Assembly: GCA_002269645.1 (NCBI GenBank)
Contig: NIVC01001873.1
Location: 62,001 to 126,000 of the forward strand
Source: Macrostomum lignano
Lineage: Eukaryota
Length of the DNA stretch: 64,000 bases
Direction of reading: 5' to 3'
A model generated the notes under the pieces. It was not told where the DNA came from and made no database searches. It saw only the letters and a program-made list of their open reading frames with translations. Every line of letters starts with the position of its first letter. Position 1 is the stretch's first letter. A program made the position numbers and the translations under genes. Of this stretch, positions 62,209-64,000 are shown piece after piece.

Positions 62209-64000
62209 GTCAATCAAGTGCCCAATCTGCACTCTCAATCTTCGTGCGTGCGCTTCTGCAAGGCAAGGAGGTCAGTTTCTTGCTCGACACTGGCGCACAG
62301 ACATCCTTGATCAGCCGCAGCCTCGCGCAAGTCTGCGGCCTTCAGATCGAGCCCGGTGGAAGCTGCTGCCCGACTTCGGTCGATGGTGGCCGCCTGAGTT
62401 GCATCGGGATTGCCCGAGCCACAATTCAAGTCGGCCAGTCAGTCAAGGTTGTCCATCAGCTCAACGTGGTGGAGAACATCAGTCTGGATCTCATCCTCGG
62501 CATGGACTTCATCACCCGAACCACCCGAGAGCTTCAGATCGACATCGTTGGTAGGACCGTATGCCTCAACGGAGAGAAAGTCCCGTTCTTAAACAGCAGC
62601 TCAAGCGTCCGAATGGTGACCGGCACCCTCGTTGCTCGAGTGGAAAGCAACACAAGTGTTCCAGCACGAAGCGAAAAGCTGGTGTGGCTCCGCGTCAAGT
62701 CGGAAGACGAGCAAGGCATCTTCGAGCCCGACGCCAACTTTACCCAAGCGACTGGTTTGCTTGTCTCGAGAGTTTTGACCGTTTCAGCTGATCAGAAGAT
62801 TCCAGTCCGGGTGTGCAATTTAGGCTCCGAGGAGGTGCTACTCTACGCCAACAAGGCCGTCGGCTCTTTTGAAGCTGCCGACCTGATCAACAACAGCGCT
62901 GGCACAGTCAAGCAGTCGGACTGCTGGGTTGTCAACCCTGACTTGGATGCGGCTGACAGGCAGAGACTACTGGCACTACTCAAGGCGAACGGTGACCTGT
63001 TCAGCACTCACGAGTACGACCTTGGCTCCACCGCGCTGCTGAAACATCGTATCGAGCTGCAGCCCGGCACGCAGCCCTACAAGCAGCGCCAGCGACCGAT
63101 TCCGCTGCCGGTTCGTGACCAGGTCGACCAGAAAATTGGCCAGATGCTGGAGCACGACATCATTGAGCCGTCCAACTCGCCCTGGGCCAGCAATCTTATC
63201 GTCGTCCGGAAAAAGAGCGGCGACATCCGCCTATGCACCGACTGGCGTCAGTTGAACGCTGTGACCATCAAGGACGCCTACCCCCTGCCGCACCTGCAAC
63301 AATCGATGGATGCTCTGGCGGGCTGCTCTTGGTTTACCACCATCGACTGCAAGCAGGGGTTCAACCAGGTCGTGGTCGACGAGGCAGACCGCTACAAGAC
63401 TGCTTTCTATTCCACACGAGGCCTTATGCAGTTCAAGAAGATGGGCTTCGGTATGTGCAACTCTCCTGCGACCTTCCAGAGGCTAATGGAGCTCGTTATG
63501 TCCGGCCTGACCTGGGAGGAGGTGCTAGTCTACGTGGACGACTTGATCGTGTTCAGTCGGAGCTTCGAAGAGCATCTGGCCAGCCTGCGCAAAGTTTTCG
63601 ACCGGCTGCGAGCTGCGGGACTGAAGCTCAACAAGGACAAGTCGGTGTTCGCTCACAGGAGCGTGAAGTACCTGGGCCACATCGTCAGCCGGGAAGGAAT
63701 TCGGCCGGATCCGGACAAAGTGGAGGCCCTGGCCAAGATTCAGTCACCAAGCTCTGCCGAGGAGGTGCGACGATTCATCGGCATGTTGTGCTTCTATCGC
63801 AGATTCATCAGGGACTTCAGCAAGACAGCGGCACCACTGCATGCCGCAACACAGAAGACGGGCTTCACCTGGACAGACGAGTGCGAGACGGCCTTCCAGA
63901 CGCTCAAGGAGCAACTTGGGCGAGCACCTGTGCTTCGCCTGCCGGACTTCCGCCGACCATTTGTCCTGAGCTGCGACGCCAGCGCCTTCGCAGTGGGTGC
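62169..64000 (+). CDS. pol: Gypsy pol (protease, RT, start of RNase H), open to the window end
   Basis: FLLDTGA and ILGMDF (protease); SPWAS, RLCTDWRQLN, YPLP, MGFGMCNSPATFQR, YVDD at 63531 (RT); LSCDAS (RNase H). Confidence 0.95.

Overview
Eukaryotic (animal) genomic DNA with GC-rich exons, GT-AG introns and dense minisatellites; roughly one third of the window is tandem repeat, by my estimate. The style resembles a free-living flatworm such as Macrostomum (inference only). Host genes: a single-exon SERF; an orphan 2-TM protein; a 4-exon bacterial-type CocE/NonD (peptidase S15-like) hydrolase that is a horizontal-transfer candidate; a 2-exon white-type ABCG transporter; a 2-exon LRR-TM receptor-like gene with a 1-nt frameshift; and the last 7 exons of a UBR1/UBR2 N-recognin E3 ligase (minus strand). 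Mobile DNA: a decayed MULE transposase; two non-autonomous DNA elements with 8-bp TSDs; a CORE-type SINE; decayed LINE fragments; and a nest at the right end. In that nest a Gypsy LTR element (tRNA-Leu PBS, GGGAAAC -1 frameshift signal) lies antisense upstream of the UBR exons, presumably in an intron, and its gag zinc knuckle is split by a full-length LOA/R1-group LINE with a perfect 12-bp TSD. A degenerate copy of the 28S rRNA R2-target segment sits just downstream of the SERF poly(A) signal. Most long ORFs in the supplied track are artefacts of tandem repeats. All exon boundaries were inferred by hand from splice motifs and phase.
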